Assembly (NCBI GenBank): GCA_964016885.1
Contig: OZ024743.1
Coordinates: 348,502,001-348,566,000, forward strand
Source: Eledone cirrhosa
Taxonomy: Eukaryota
Length of the DNA: 64,000 nucleotides
Direction of reading: 5' to 3'
Shown here: positions 13,786 through 28,025 of the stretch, in pieces
Numbering within the stretch: the stretch's first letter is position 1
Layout: each line of letters starts with the position of its first letter
Made by a program: the position numbers and the translations under genes
Notes under the pieces: generated by a model
The model's database searches: none
What the model was told of the DNA's origin: nothing
What the model saw: only the letters and a program-made list of their open reading frames with translations

Positions 13786-14197
13786 TCCGGGAGAGATGAC
13801 CCCTTAGCCTTTGTCAAGGAAGAATTCTAGGAGAAGGAAAACTCTGATATAACACCTGCAACCCTGATGATATCCAATGATGTTGACTTGTTCTTCTTTT
13901 TGCTAAATATCATCTTGGTTAAGAGAGTGGGACTGGCTTTGTGCAGTGCCTTTGCTCACTATAAAAGCTTCATGGCACAGGCATTGCTTTATATCTGGAG
14001 ATCTCTCTGCACATGTCGTCACATGGTACCATGGGCCCAGCACTATGTGTCAATAATTGTCACAAGTGTAGTGTTAGTACCAAAGTTTTCAAGTCGCTGT
14101 CTGGACTAAAAAGGCACACTGGTTCAGCGCATCAGTAGGGGTTCTCCTACATGGATATAAAGTAGTGGCCGTACTCGTAAACGAGTTGGCAGCCACC
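13786..14197 (+). mobile_element. 5'-truncated tandem copy of the same non-autonomous element
   Basis: Similar to 13198-13607, directly after the (TATG)n tail of the first copy. Confidence 0.85.
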
Positions 14198-14219
14198 ATA
14201 TATATATATATATATATGA

Positions 14220-14316
14220 AAAGATACAGGACCCCGGCGGCTGTGCTTCGGACGTTTCGACAGCTAGATCGGGTGCTTTATGGTCCACTTGGTATCTTAC
14301 CACACCCTCTTTATTA

Positions 14317-14320
<4 letters not shown>
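14220..14320. mobile_element. Bipolar mini-insertion of a hammerhead-bearing repeat family
   Basis: ggaccccggcggctgtgcttcggacgtttcgacagctag family, also at 28180, 36165 and 40965. Confidence 0.6.
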
Positions 14321-14350
<30 letters not shown>

Positions 14351-14355
<5 letters not shown>

Positions 14356-15990
14356 CAAAATAACAGATTAAAGTTTAAGCAAATAATCGCTGCTTTCACC
14401 CTTAACGGGACGTCTCCTAACCTTGCACATAACATCACAGCTTTAAATTTAGCTAAACTACCTAGCCGTAGGAACACGTGCAACCCTGTAGTTAGTACTA
14501 ACTGTAATTATAGGAATCGGGTTGACTGCCCTCTATCCGGGAAATGCCTCTCTAGTAACATTGTCCACACATGTAAGCTGGAAACACATACGTCCCTTAG
14601 GGCCTACATAGTATTAACCGCCAATAGATTCAAGCAGCGTCTTTACATGCATACCCATTCTTTTCGTTACCCTTTAAGAAGGAATATGACGTCACTTTCA
14701 GCTTATATCTGGAGTCTAAAAGAGAACCACCCCTAATATAAGTTACACTGGGAGATCCTAGTTAGGGCTCGATCGTATAACGGAATTAAAAGACCATGTG
14801 ACCTCTGCGCCGCTGAAGCCCTGGCAATACTCTACGCCACAGACCGCATCTTTAACAAACAATCTCAGGCAATTTCGGCTTGTAAACATAAATTGCACAA
14901 AACTTTCCTGTATTACAGCACCACATTATACCCTAACGGATAGTACGAACTATACGCGGATATTTTACGTCTTGATGTGGTAGCTAAGTATATATTATGT
15001 TTATACCATTACTTATTTGTATAGCTAAGTATATATTACCTGTATGTTTTGTGAAGCTACGTATACTTTCTCGTACATATATTTGATTGTATATGTTATG
15101 GCGTATATATTATTTTTTCTGGTACATATGCTTTTGGTTATGTGTATACGTGAGTTTTGCGTCGGTGTGAGTATGCGGTTTCATACGTATATAGGGTGTG
15201 TGTATTTGTCTACTTCGTGTTTTGGTTGACGTAGTTTCCGAAAATAAGTGTATTTACATGTAGGTATGTGTGTGCGCTTGTTATATACATATTTATTTAT
15301 TTGTATACCTTTATTTAATTATATGTATACACGCACACATATATATATATATATATATATTGTTTTTAATATATATTTCTATCTGTATTTGGTGTATACA
15401 TTCGTATGCGTGCGGGTACAGGCGTTGCGTGGGTTCCGTATGTGCGTGCGTTTTTTTGTTTTTTTTTTGTACGTGCGTGTATTTGTATACCTATGGCGAG
15501 TGTTTTCGCGTATGCTTGTGTATGTAAGTATATGGATGCGTGTATGTATTTATTTAATTTCATTTACCTCTGTAGTTTATTTACTTTATTCTTAACTATG
15601 AAGCCGAGAATCATTCGGTTTCTTAGTTAGAATTTTAGTCTACGACTTCAGTTATACCATTTACGTGGTTTGTCTTTGCGTGCAATTGTTTTTCACCGCT
15701 CCAAATAATGACGTAATATATTCGATTTTTCCCGTTCTTTGCCAGGGAACGTTTCCAGGAACCAAAGTATCGTCTTCCTGTCTTCCTCCGGTTGCAACGT
15801 TTTTTGAAATATTCACTTCTGCGTTTACAGATTGACTTTGTTAGTTTAAGAAGATCCCGTTAAGGGTGAAAGCAACGATTCTTTGCTTAAACTTTAATCT
15901 GTTATTTTAATAAATATTTACTCTACGGTTCTTATATATTTGATATATATTTATCCTTATCGAGCCCTCTTAGGATTTTAGTCTTCAAAT
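14351..15990 (+). mobile_element. 5'-truncated Naiad-type Penelope-like element: inverted 3' piece, GIY-YIG relic, pLTR
   Basis: 14351-14410 is the reverse complement of part of the pLTR; NCNYRNRVDCPLSGKC, AYIVLTANRFKQR, TSLSAYIWSLK, CDLC relics at 14500-14900; pLTR at 15720-15990. Confidence 0.85.
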
Positions 15991-16601
15991 TTATATATAT
16001 ATAAGTTGTAATAAAATGAAAACGAAATTTCATTTCTCACTCTTAGTACGGCACTTACTTAAATGTAAGTATGTATGTATACGCACATACATATATGTAT
16101 ACAGACGTACATTTTATTACAACTTGTCGTTCTCGGTACGCCTGGCCGGACTCACTCGATATGCAAATTAGGCTGCTCAGCCGTTAATTTTCATAAGGAA
16201 AGTATATACTTTCGAACGTTCAACCATCTGGCAGAAGGGTATACGATGCTGATGATAGCTAACAAGCTTGAAACTAGTACATCGTTCCTGTATCAGTGTT
16301 GAACAAAAAGGTGACGTGGTTGCCTTAACACCGTACGGCATAAATTCAGGCTGTTCAGTTTGTTTACAAACGAACAAAGCGGGTGCTATAATAAGCGTCC
16401 GCTAAACTGATACGTACATATATGTATGTGTACCTGTATGTATATATATATATGCATGCTACTGTACGTCTGTATACATATATGTATGTGCGTATACATA
16501 CATACTTACATATATATATATACTATATATATATATACTATATATATATATATATATAAAGAATTAGTATATCTACCAACATATATATACAGAAGTATAT
16601 T

Positions 16602-16680
<79 letters not shown>

Positions 16681-16682
<2 letters not shown>

Positions 16683-16840
16683 CGGCGATGAATTTGTTTT
16701 GCGAGGTTTTTGATATGAAGTCGTGTGCGAAAAAAAACTGATATAAAAGATAAAGAAGCGAAAACCAGCCAAACAGTGAGTGTGTTCTGTTCTTAATTCT
16801 GGCAATATTATTACAACAATATGACCCTCCCCAAGTATAA
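16681..16840. mobile_element. Bipolar mini-insertion of the 3' end of the 26-28 kb PLE family
   Basis: Left part is the reverse complement of 27990-28025, right part is a direct match to 27912-27980; flanked by (TA)n. Confidence 0.7.
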
Positions 16841-17313
16841 AAAAATATATATATATAATTATAATGAATATATATATATTCAATATAATTTCCAATCGAA
16901 TTTTCTATTTTCTACTTTTCTATTTTTTCTATGTCCTATTTTCTATTCTATATTTCGGTTCAAAGTAATCCTGTTACATAATTCAGCAAATAACATCTGA
17001 TGAAATCGCCTAGGCTTGAAATATAATCGTTAGAGTTGGAACATCGAAATATGTATACTGCTTTTGAGGAATTAAAATTCTAAAGAACATTTTCCAGTCC
17101 TCCCTCTGTCGTTGTTTTAATGAATTCTTCAATCGGTCCCTGCACGAGCTACAGGGTGCCACATCTATACATATATATACATTCATTCTTAGTGACACCA
17201 TTTCAGTATGTATGTATGTATGTATGTATGTATGTATGTATGTATGTATGTATGTATGTATGTATGTATGTATGTATGTATGTATGTATGTATGTATGTA
17301 TGTATGTATGTAT

Positions 17314-17848
17314 GTCGGGTCACTCTTGAGTGCTACTGGTAACATGTAACCCAGAACAAACAGTCGCATGGTCGGGTCGTCGGCGACAAAACCGGCAACC
17401 CCACAAATATTACTTGGTGAGGAGGGTGATTTTGGACACTCTGCAGGAGAAAAAACAAAACCTGACAAAGAGTGGAAGAACTCATAAGAGTCAACGGCCA
17501 TCCGAAAGTGTGTAAATATGTATATACACATGTACTGTGCGGCTTAATTACTGGGAGTGAGGGACCCCTAGCCCTTGTCAGGGCATTCCTCTAAGAGAAG
17601 GCAACTCAGGAAACTGGGATAATTCCGATATAAAACCTGCGGCTCAGTAGTTACCGATGGTGTTGATCTTTTCTTCTTTTCGGGCTAGAGCTACTGTCCC
17701 TCAGAGAGTGGGATTCACTCAGTGTACAGTCTTTCCTCACTTTAAAAAATATCTTCACGCACAGGCATTGCACGATAGAATTAATTAATAATTATTAATA
17801 ATTTTATATCGTGCAATGGCCATACTCGATAACGAGAGTGCAGCCATC
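17314..17848 (+). mobile_element. Diverged subfamily copy of the non-autonomous RTE-related element
   Basis: Same 5' block and gcagccatcatgtatg end; (TATG)n on both sides. Confidence 0.75.
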
Positions 17849-17958
17849 ATGTATGTATGTGTGTGTGTATGTATGTATGTGTGTATATGTAAATATGTAT
17901 AGGTAAAGGTGTATTTGTGTGCATAGAATTATTTTTACAACAACAACAACAACAACAA

Positions 17959-18014
<56 letters not shown>

Positions 18015-18154
18015 GTTAAAGATAATGGCATGCATGGTGTGTTTGAAATAATCATGTATTTGAAGAGATAATTATGGTGAATATTAAAAAGCGGGGTGAT
18101 TGTTTAATTTAGAGTACGAATATTAACGTATATTATCTGGTAAATGGATGTATG

Positions 18155-18185
<31 letters not shown>

Positions 18186-18394
18186 TCTCTCACTCTCTCT
18201 CTCTCCCTCCCTCTCTCTCTCTCTCTCTCACACACACACAGCAGACATACTCATACGCACTCATTTATGATTCACTTCATAATATATTAATATCTATCTA
18301 TCTCTTCACGTATCTCATCATCTGTATCGCTATATGTATAGATAATCACAGACATGCACACATAGAAAACATACACACATACAAAGCCATGCAA

Positions 18395-18449
<55 letters not shown>

Positions 18450-18763
18450 ATAACATAGCCCGAGGCTTCAAATACAGCATCTTTGTCACGTCCAGCACGT
18501 GCAAAAGGACGTGTTTTACCTACCGGCGTCATATCACAAAATCGAATTTCATCTGAGGATACCGTTCTTATAACAACAACAAATGTATGAATTACATCTT
18601 GATTGCATAGGAAAACCGGTAAAATAATTATAATGAATAAAGGATTTATGTAACATCAGCATCTTTATTAATGTTGTTACTATACTGAACCTCCATCGTT
18701 ACAACAAACTACGAATGTTGAGAGCTTTCTCTTGCTTGCTCCTGTTTTTCCCAAAACATAATG

Positions 18764-18812
<49 letters not shown>

Positions 18813-20658
18813 ATAATATTTATTCATTTATATATAAACATACACCTCAAAGTTATGAAAAGTATCAGTATAGAATTTCTTTTCCATATTTCTTTATGTA
18901 ATCCAGTACATTTTGGTGTATTGGTATATAGTTATTTGTCGCCTCAGTAAACAACGATTTCGAATTTAATTGAAAATTCATTCATTAAATTGCTTCAATT
19001 TTGTGGTTGACCGGTTGCATTTTTCATGGTTCACAACCCTAACTGGGTTTGACAATCTCACACAACTAGAGTTGTTTGTTCCTGTGAAGAAAATAGTAAG
19101 AATTTATGATATTATTCATGCGTTTTTTCTCGAAGGTCGTAGAGCAGAAAAAAGTGTGTCTAACATTTCCCCAATCCCACACATTAAAGTAAAGTAACCA
19201 ACTATTATATTGATTGCAGTATTTGATTGATGTTCTATATTATCGATCTTGGAAGATTTAACATCAATAAACACTGTGGAACTTGAATAAATATAAATAT
19301 ACGTCAATTACATTGCGGGGTAGTTATTTAACTCTTAAATTCCTGCAATGATCTAACAGAAAATTTCTAAGGCGGGTTTGTTAATTCAAATATTTATAGT
19401 GCTTTTATTAGTAAACAACTCACTGTGAATATTTGCAATTTTAGATTAAAGAAGTTTATTTCTAATGTGAGGCAGTTAGAGTACAGTTGTTTTACATTTC
19501 AAGTATGCCTTCTTCGTGCGGTTTCATGTAATGCGTGATGTTAAAAGGAAATCTATTCGAACAGACACACACTTACAGACATATACACATATACCATTAG
19601 ATAACAACAAAGGCAGTGTCATGTCCTGGAATAGTCTAAAAATGGTGTGTATGAAAACAATAATGGAATTGCTGCCCAAATTTCCTAAAAATATGTGTGA
19701 CTTATTGTTGCACTGAATACATAAACATACTCATTAACTGCTTAATGAACACAACCACAATGATATGGTCCGAACGTGGAAGAGCCGAACTCCCACTGTC
19801 ACCGCCTCCATCTCCCTCACCCGCCTCATCTTTCTGTATGCTTCTGAGAAAATGGGGTCCTACGTGCTGGCCTCCCCATAGCCCCGGTAGACAGAAATGG
19901 AGAAGACGTTTCCCCGAAAGATAGTATGTTGTCGAGACGCAAATAGCGTCGCAAACATTTGATACCGTGAAAAAAATAATAAATTGATTTTTCTCTTTGA
20001 ATAACTAAAATGATTATTCGATGATATAATTGTCTAGAACATAAAGCGCAACATTACGATCTGGACATTGGATGATTTTATCCGAGTCCACTTTAATGCA
20101 ATAATTTAAGTCCAGGTCTCTCGTTTGTGAGAAATGCCCTTCCCCCTTCTGTCTTCCAACCACCGCAGAACTCTTAAAACAGCAATGAACGCTACTGGTT
20201 ATTTACGGAATAAACCGTAAGTAAACAAATAAATATATAAAAATAGATAAAAAAGCAAATGATAACAACATTGAAGCTCAGGAAAAATGTCTTCAAATCT
20301 TATTCTATAAATGGGTTCTAATCACTCTTTTTGAAGTCCATGTAAGAGATCTAAAGTGTCAAGTTCATAGAACAAGGATTTAGTGTTTGATTGTGACCAG
20401 TTTAAGTAGAAACGTACTCAATTCACCATCTTGTCATCAATAACTCTTGTATACGGTTCTCCTACTCAATATCTCCCGGCTATGATATACAAAAATTATC
20501 AAAAATACAATCAAAACATGGAAATTGCAAACTGCGCGACTGATACATTCGCCGCATTTTCTCGCCTGTTGACCATGCACTAACAAATTGGAAGTATCGA
20601 AACATACACACATAAATAATACAGTTGATAACAAACAGTTATTTGTTTGATTATTATT

Positions 20659-20847
20659 TAATTGTTTCTACTTTTGGCACAAGGCCAGCAATTACCCCAG
20701 TGTATTACTGGTACTTTATTTTATCGACCGCGTAAGGATGAAAGGCAAAGTTAACCTCGGCGGGATTTGAACTCAGACCATAAAGGGCCGTAACTCTTTG
20801 CTGCAAAGCATGGCGTCCGACTCTCTACCCATACTGCCTATCCACCA
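20659..20847 (-). mobile_element. SINE family A
   Basis: Matches 3488-3670. Confidence 0.85.
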
Positions 20848-20900
20848 ATGAAGAATAAATTTCGACAGAGCTAAAGAAAATGTATTATTACGATTCGAAA

Positions 20901-21092
20901 GGGTGGTGGATTGGAAGCATCGGTAGAGGGTCGGACGCCAAGTTTGACGCATTGTCTTACGGCCCTTGCCATTCTGAGTTCAAATCCCGCCGAGGTTAAC
21001 TTTGCCTTTCATCCTTACGGGGTCAATAAAATAAAGTACCAGTAATACACTGGAGTAATAGCTGGCTTTGTGCCAAAAGTAGAAACAATTAT
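20901..21092 (+). mobile_element. SINE family A, head-to-head with the previous copy
   Basis: Reverse-complement match to 20659-20847. Confidence 0.85.
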
Positions 21093-21480
21093 TACAATTC
21101 TAAATGAAGTCTCATATATGAGAAGAATAACTATGATTTCTACGTTTAAGATTTAAGAAGCCTCAATTTTCTAATCTGAGCAAATGTCTCTATCATGAAC
21201 TTTAAGCAATAAGTCTAAGGTTTCAAGAGTATGAAAGAAGCTACTAATTGTTTGGGTGCGCCTAGATTAAGTACAAGAACAATGAGTTCACCAGTTTGCC
21301 AACAATAACCCTAAGATATGCTCCAGTTACTCTATATATCTCGGTAATCATTTACATTTCCGTTTCCGGTGCATATTAACAATTTACAAGATGTAGCTAT
21401 TAACAATATATTTTCAGAAAGTTTATCATCTCTAACACTGCTGTTCATATGTTCTCTATCTGTCTATTTTGGTCTTTTTA

Positions 21481-21537
<57 letters not shown>

Positions 21538-21539
<2 letters not shown>

Positions 21540-21641
21540 AGAAGGTAGTACAGCATAATCGAAGCTCTGGTTGCCGGCAAGCTATATATATATATATAGC
21601 TTGCCCGCAACCAGAGCTTCGATTATGCTGTACTACCTTCT

Positions 21642-21643
<2 letters not shown>
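21538..21643. repeat. 106-bp palindrome with (TA)8 centre inside (TA)n
   Basis: 45-bp arms, one mismatch. Confidence 0.95.
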
Positions 21644-21740
<97 letters not shown>

Positions 21741-21929
21741 CGATATATACGTTTGTGCTTGGATTCATCTACACGTACACTCACTCGCATGCACACACAA
21801 TTATGTATTTACATACTTGCCTACATTACTTGTTGCGTGTTAATGTATAAGCCTGTGTGTTTTTGGAATTAAATATTTATCATTAGTGGTTGTTTATATT
21901 CATTTTTTAACACCTGTTAAGCCTGATCA

Positions 21930-23050
21930 AGCTGTCTTATGTTCAACGTCGTTCCAAACTTGGCAATAACAGCTTACATATAGTCGCACGGTGGTTATGT
22001 CTAAGGCCAGACTACCGTAAGCGTCCTACTTTTCCAGAATGCAGTTTGGGGTTAACTATATTCCTTTGAAATATCAATCTCAATATATTCACCTTTATTT
22101 GTTCTTATTAGCGTTTCCGTAATGCATTCCGGGTGTCTTTGGCTGCCCTATCATCTGTCGTGGGAATGTAGTAACGCGAAGACATTCTATCAGGGTTAGC
22201 TATGTGACGATAATATTCCGGCTTTGTTTAGCACAGCCTACATTTATTGACAGCTAATATCTTTTCTCATTTTGGTAGTAGTAACATAGTGAGGAATTTT
22301 CTTGTTCCTGGAGCTATGTTTAAGGTTATGAATTTTGGAAATTCCGTGTTTGGCTTCAGTGGGATGTATCATCTCTATCGTCTGCATTTTTTTGTCTCAA
22401 GTGCCCAGGTAAAAAGGTCTAAGTGAATTAGTTTATTTGTGTTTCTTAAGCTTGAGCATTTAGTAGAATATTCCAACGACCTATGGAGAGACATCTTTTA
22501 TGTTTATTTTCCTAGTTCAATGGCTATATGGTTTTGAAAATATCGCCTCCTTTTCATTATCCACTAAATTGGTAACTTGCCAAATATCTATGGATAGTTG
22601 GGTATTCAAATATAATTACTGCTTGATGTAGTTGACATTTAGCCCACACATCCCCAATTCGTCTACAAACACAATATGCGGGATACTTCTGGAGCTATTT
22701 CCGTAACCACTATGATTTGTGAGCAGGTATGATAATGAGTATAACATGAGGAGTTAAGCAGCTCTGACGAGATATTGACCTGCAATATTCTTACGGTATC
22801 AGATTCAATGTGCTTCTTATCACCATAAAGAAGCATAGATTGTACAAAAATTTGGCCTGGCGCTGCATAGCAGCTATTCGTGACTGTCGAATTTGGCTAA
22901 CTGTAAACCCTATTAATTTAGCCATGTGGTAACACAAGAGCGTAATTCCTGCATAACGTTACCGTTTTTTCCTGGCTCATTTTGTTAATTAGTACCTGCT
23001 CCATACAGCTCCTACTTGCCCCTAAGTTGGTTCAGATATTATAATAATGT
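21930..23050 (-). pseudogene. Possible highly decayed LINE
   Basis: Complex non-microsatellite block; weak TIYAS and KLLLPSLERR similarity to LINE EN/RT. Confidence 0.25.
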
Positions 23051-23119
23051 TAGGCACATAGGTCCTGCAATAACAGATTGAGAAACGCAATATTTGGCTT
23101 AGAATATAGGTTTTCAAAT

Positions 23120-23355
23120 CACGGTGATAAGTCAGGGAATTCTATTACCGGTAGCGTGTTGTGTCCTTGAGCAAGACACTTTATTTCATGTTGCTCCATT
23201 TCAGTCAGCAAATAAACATCAGTAATTTAAAAGAAAATTATCACGCTGATACACGCAGTTGCGCTGAACTACTATGCAAATACTCCGTCACATGCACCTC
23301 ACTTTCATGAGCATGCTGTTCCACTAATCGAATAAACTGGGACACTCGTCATTGA
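23120..23355 (+). mobile_element. SINE family B-related, degenerate
   Basis: gtgttgtgtccttgagcaagacactttatttcatgttgctcca. Confidence 0.6.
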
Positions 23356-23904
23356 AATCAGTGTAAGTCCAACACATGTATGTATATGTATATGAATGCA
23401 TGTATGTATGGGTGTATGTGTGGATCTATGTATATATATATGTGTCTGAATGTGTGTGAGTATGTGTATGAGTATCTGTCTGTATGTATGTGTGAGTGTA
23501 TATATGAATGTATGTATGAATGTATGTATGAATGTATGTATGTATGTAATTTGTACGTGTGAGTGTGTTTCATTTTTAATTGATTTATCGCATTCATGCC
23601 TTTACCAATAAAACCAGCCGTCCGTTTTTCTTCAATTTACACTTATTCACCGACATACACTTTAACCTTTGTAATGGGTGCGAATAAAGATATACATGAG
23701 TGTTACGTACACGCAGACCCCCCCCCCCTCCTACACACACATACATTTATATTCAAACAGACATACAAACATAGATTAAATATGTAATTATTTGATACAT
23801 TTACTATATATATTTACATATATATTCACATAATTAAATGAACATTCGTATGAATGCATATGTATAAACACATAAACACACACGCAGACACACACACACA
23901 CATG

Positions 23905-23958
<54 letters not shown>

Positions 23959-24265
23959 TGGGTGTCGCATTAACAGAGGTCACCTCCGTCCATACCTTTT
24001 ATTTAGTCTATCCCGCTTCTCTCCTTCGTCATCTCATCTTTAAACACACACGAACACACACACACACACACCGAGAAACAGACAGACACTCACTCACACA
24101 CGCACACACACAGAAACACACTTACATAGGCTCTTACACTCTTACACACACATACACACAAACATTAATTCTCCTATACACAAATAGTTTCTTAAACAAC
24201 TTAATGAAGATATATATACCTCTGTCTTATTCTGACACCCTCTTTTTTGACTCTCTTCTCTCTCT

Positions 24266-24341
<76 letters not shown>

Positions 24342-24449
24342 AGGTGTGTGTACACACGAGTATAAATTGATGTTTAATCGTATGTTAAAGCAGACATGCT
24401 TCTGTCAATAAAAATAAGCTATCAGGTGAGCTTCAATTTAGTTTCATTC

Positions 24450-24572
24450 TATTATGAGTTAAAATCCCGCCCAGGTCAACTTTGCCTTTCATCCTTACGG
24501 GGTCGATAAAATAAAGTACCAGTAATGTACTGGGTAATTTGCTGGCCTTGTGCCAAAAGTAGAAAAAATGAT
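24450..24572 (+). mobile_element. 5'-truncated SINE family A
   Basis: ctttgcctttcatccttacggggtcgataaaataaagtacc...ggccttgtgccaaaagtagaa. Confidence 0.85.
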
Positions 24573-25279
24573 TAGTCAGGTAACTTATGTATTCCTCGTT
24601 TTCGATAGTCTCTATATATTACTGAGATTCCTTCTTGTTGCTAAACTGAGTTTCGTCGATTACTGCTCAGCACACAGCTAAACAACCCAAGAAAACATTG
24701 GTATTGAAAAAGCACTTTTACTGGTGCTTGTAATCCGAATACCACTGGTGCGAGGCAAAAATGAAAGAAGGGAATTGTTTGTATCTTGTGATACATACTG
24801 AATCATAACACCTGAATATGGAGCGTGTTACAATTTCAAGAGCGAGATTCTCAATAGCGGTGCTGGTTCCACAAATCAGTCATGAGAGATAACTCCTATT
24901 GTCTTTGTACGTGATTTAAACGATTTGAGACTTCTTCATAAGTCAGTGAACCATATTCAAATTGGAAGTTAGCTTAACTAATGATGTTCTTATAAAGATA
25001 TAGTAAAACAAAAACAAGAACAAAAACAATGAAAAATTATGCTCCGATTATTCATGTCAACAAAGCGTTAGAAGAAAACGCCCGATAAGGCAATCGTTAT
25101 GAAATCCATACGGACGAATAATCTCATTGTCGGAAACGATCCCCAAAAAGATACAATTTTCGACATTTTGAAGAACGGAACCAGCTTTGGATGACATACA
25201 TATATGTACACATGTAGACACACTCATACATGTAAGTGTGTATCTGCTTCTCTCTCTCTCTATCTCTATATCTCCCTCT

Positions 25280-25362
<83 letters not shown>

Positions 25363-25371
<9 letters not shown>

Positions 25372-25973
25372 ATATATATGATGAAACTCAGATACCAACA
25401 CATCTGTATGTATATTGCAAAAGAAAATTTAGCCAGAATGAAGTATACTAATTATTATACTACAGTTTGTCCATATCGATTTAAAATAATAAATCAACAA
25501 AGACGAACTGCATTGCCAAATGGCTATGATGTTTAGACACATTTAAATTTCAAAATCAAACCTGTTCCGTAGATAAGTTTAAACTTTAAAATCCAAATAT
25601 GTTTCGAAATAAATAAGTGTAGGAATATCATGTCCTGCTCTCCTCAGTAAACATCCAGGTACAAATTGATATGCTTCACTTCTAAATAATTTAAAAGACG
25701 GTGTGACGCACATGGTTTAACAGTTTCTAGCTAGTCGCATAACCGTACTGCTAGAAATAACAGTCGTATATATGAGGCGATTTTGAAATTTAAATGTGTC
25801 TAAACATCATAGCCATTTGGCAATGCAGTTCGTCTTTGTTGATTTATTATTTTAAATCGATATGGATAAACTGTAGTATAATAATTAGTTTACTTCATTC
25901 TGGCTAAATTTTCTTTTGCAATATATATACAGATGTGTTGGTATCTGTGTTTCATCATATATATTAGTTTATA
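25363..25973. mobile_element. Fold-back/MITE-like element with ~195-bp inverted arms
   Basis: 25363-25557 is the reverse complement of 25779-25973 with few mismatches; ~220-bp spacer; left end in (TA)n. Confidence 0.85.
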
Positions 25974-26059
25974 CACGGCTCAGGGTTATTTCCTCCTTCG
26001 AGCTAATTCCATTGTAAAAGAATTCATTACACTTAATAATATATATATATATATATATA

Positions 26060-28025
26060 TATATTGTTATACTTGGGGAGGGTCATATTTGCGTAATATT
26101 GCCAGAATTAATAACAGAACACACTCACTGTTTGGTTGGTTTTCGCTTCTCGCTGTCTTTTATATCTGCGATCTAACTTACTCGGTCCTCAATGTTGCCA
26201 TTGACTGACCGACGGTCAAAAATAATACAGATACAATATAGACACAAACACATATATATAGTTTACATAATTTACATAAATCTTTCGTTGCACATCTGCA
26301 ACATCGTCAGTGGTGTTATATTCTTTGTTCCTCCTGTTGTGTTGTATGGCTACGCCATTTTTTATTCAGTCTGTCTATATATTTATTTATTTATTTGCTT
26401 GTTTGTTTATCTTATTTTATTTTGTCTTCTTTGCGCATGCGTTTGCGTGTGTGTATAGTGTTATGTGTGCTGTGTGACTAATGTGTATAGTGTTGTGTCT
26501 GCTGGGTGACTAGTGTGTGTTTATGTGCTTGTTGTTATTGTGCTTGTGTATGTATTTATTTATCTTATTTTATTTTATTTTATTTACTTATTTATACTTC
26601 TCTTAGGTCAGTGTTGTTTGTTTGGGTGTTGTTGTTGTTCCACTCATTCTTTCTGTTTAGCTTTGGTCTTCTAATTTCTATTTCACTGGCCTCTCTGATT
26701 TGCCTATCTGCTGGGTCATTCCTATGTTTAGATATTATTCTAATTTCTATGTTGTCTATGTTACCGTCATGTTGTTGTCTAGCATGTTCGTATAGTACTG
26801 ACCCGTTTTTTCGTCCTTTTAGTGTTGGTCTATCCTTTCACCTATGCTACGAGCTGTCTCACCTATGTATGTTGTTGTTATGTTTCTGCAAGTACCCTCT
26901 GTACATATTATGCTATAGACTACGTTTCTAGTTTTACAGTTTATCCGGGGGTTCACCTTACATATGATACATTTCCTATTGGTACAGTGGGTTTTCTTAA
27001 AAGGGTAGGTTTTGCTGATCAGGGATTTTATGGTGGTTCCTGGCTTTTCTACCACCTTTATTTTTAAGTGGGTCTTTCTCAGGGCCTTTCTACACTGGTT
27101 AGCTAATATCTCTCCAGGGGTGGCGTCCACAAACATGACACTCTGATATCTGTGGTTGTCGTACCATGATGTGGCCTTCCCTATCTTATGTCTAGCCCTA
27201 TCTAAGCTATTCTATGATTTGCTCCTGTATAGTGGGCAAATTCCTTTCATGTCCAGTTCTATGAGGGTTTTATACTTTTCCATGGCTCCTTCGTATACTC
27301 TGACTCTGTCTCTTTGGTTGTAGCCAGAGAACTGCATGCGGTTGATGAAGTGTTGGATGTGTCTTTCCATTTCTGTTGGGTCGCACATGCTGGACCCATT
27401 CTTCATCACTCGTACCAAATCTGCGATCAGAATAGTAAATTAGCACTACTGGACATTGCTGAGTTTTAGAGTATCAGGTATTTGGAGGCCATGGGTTTAG
27501 CATAGTGTGAGTGGAGAAGTTGGGCTCTCTCGTCTATAGTGTTAATCCAGAGTTCTGTGTCTAATACAGGTAGTCTATTGTTAGGGTGTTTGGAAGGGGA
27601 GTCGATAGTTACAGTTATACTCTGGTGTATGGAATTAGCCAGCTGCTGGATGCTTTCCATCGTGCTACGTTCTAAATCAAACTTGTTAGTGCTCTCTAGT
27701 GGGGCTGTTCTTATAACTATATTGATATCGTCTACATAACGAGAGTACATCATGAGGTCTATGGAGCTTTCATTAAGGAGGTCTTTAAGTCTCCTCTCCC
27801 ACCATACCATGAAAAGGTTGGCAACATCACCAGCTATGCTGACGCCGATGGCTGCTCCCTCATTTTGGGTGTAGATTTTCTCATTGAACTTAAATATGTG
27901 GCCCTTAACCAACCAAACAGTGAGTGTGTTCTGTTATTAATTCTGGCAATATTACGCAAATATGACCCTCCCCAAGTATAACAATATCTGTTTCGACACA
28001 CGATTTCATATAAAAAACCTCGCTA

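Noticed and set aside
16990-17035. CTGATGA...GAAA hammerhead candidate
   Set aside because: Stems I and II pair poorly and there is no second copy. Isolated CTGATGA at ~11216, 35779, 39847 and 42079 also lack the rest of the fold.
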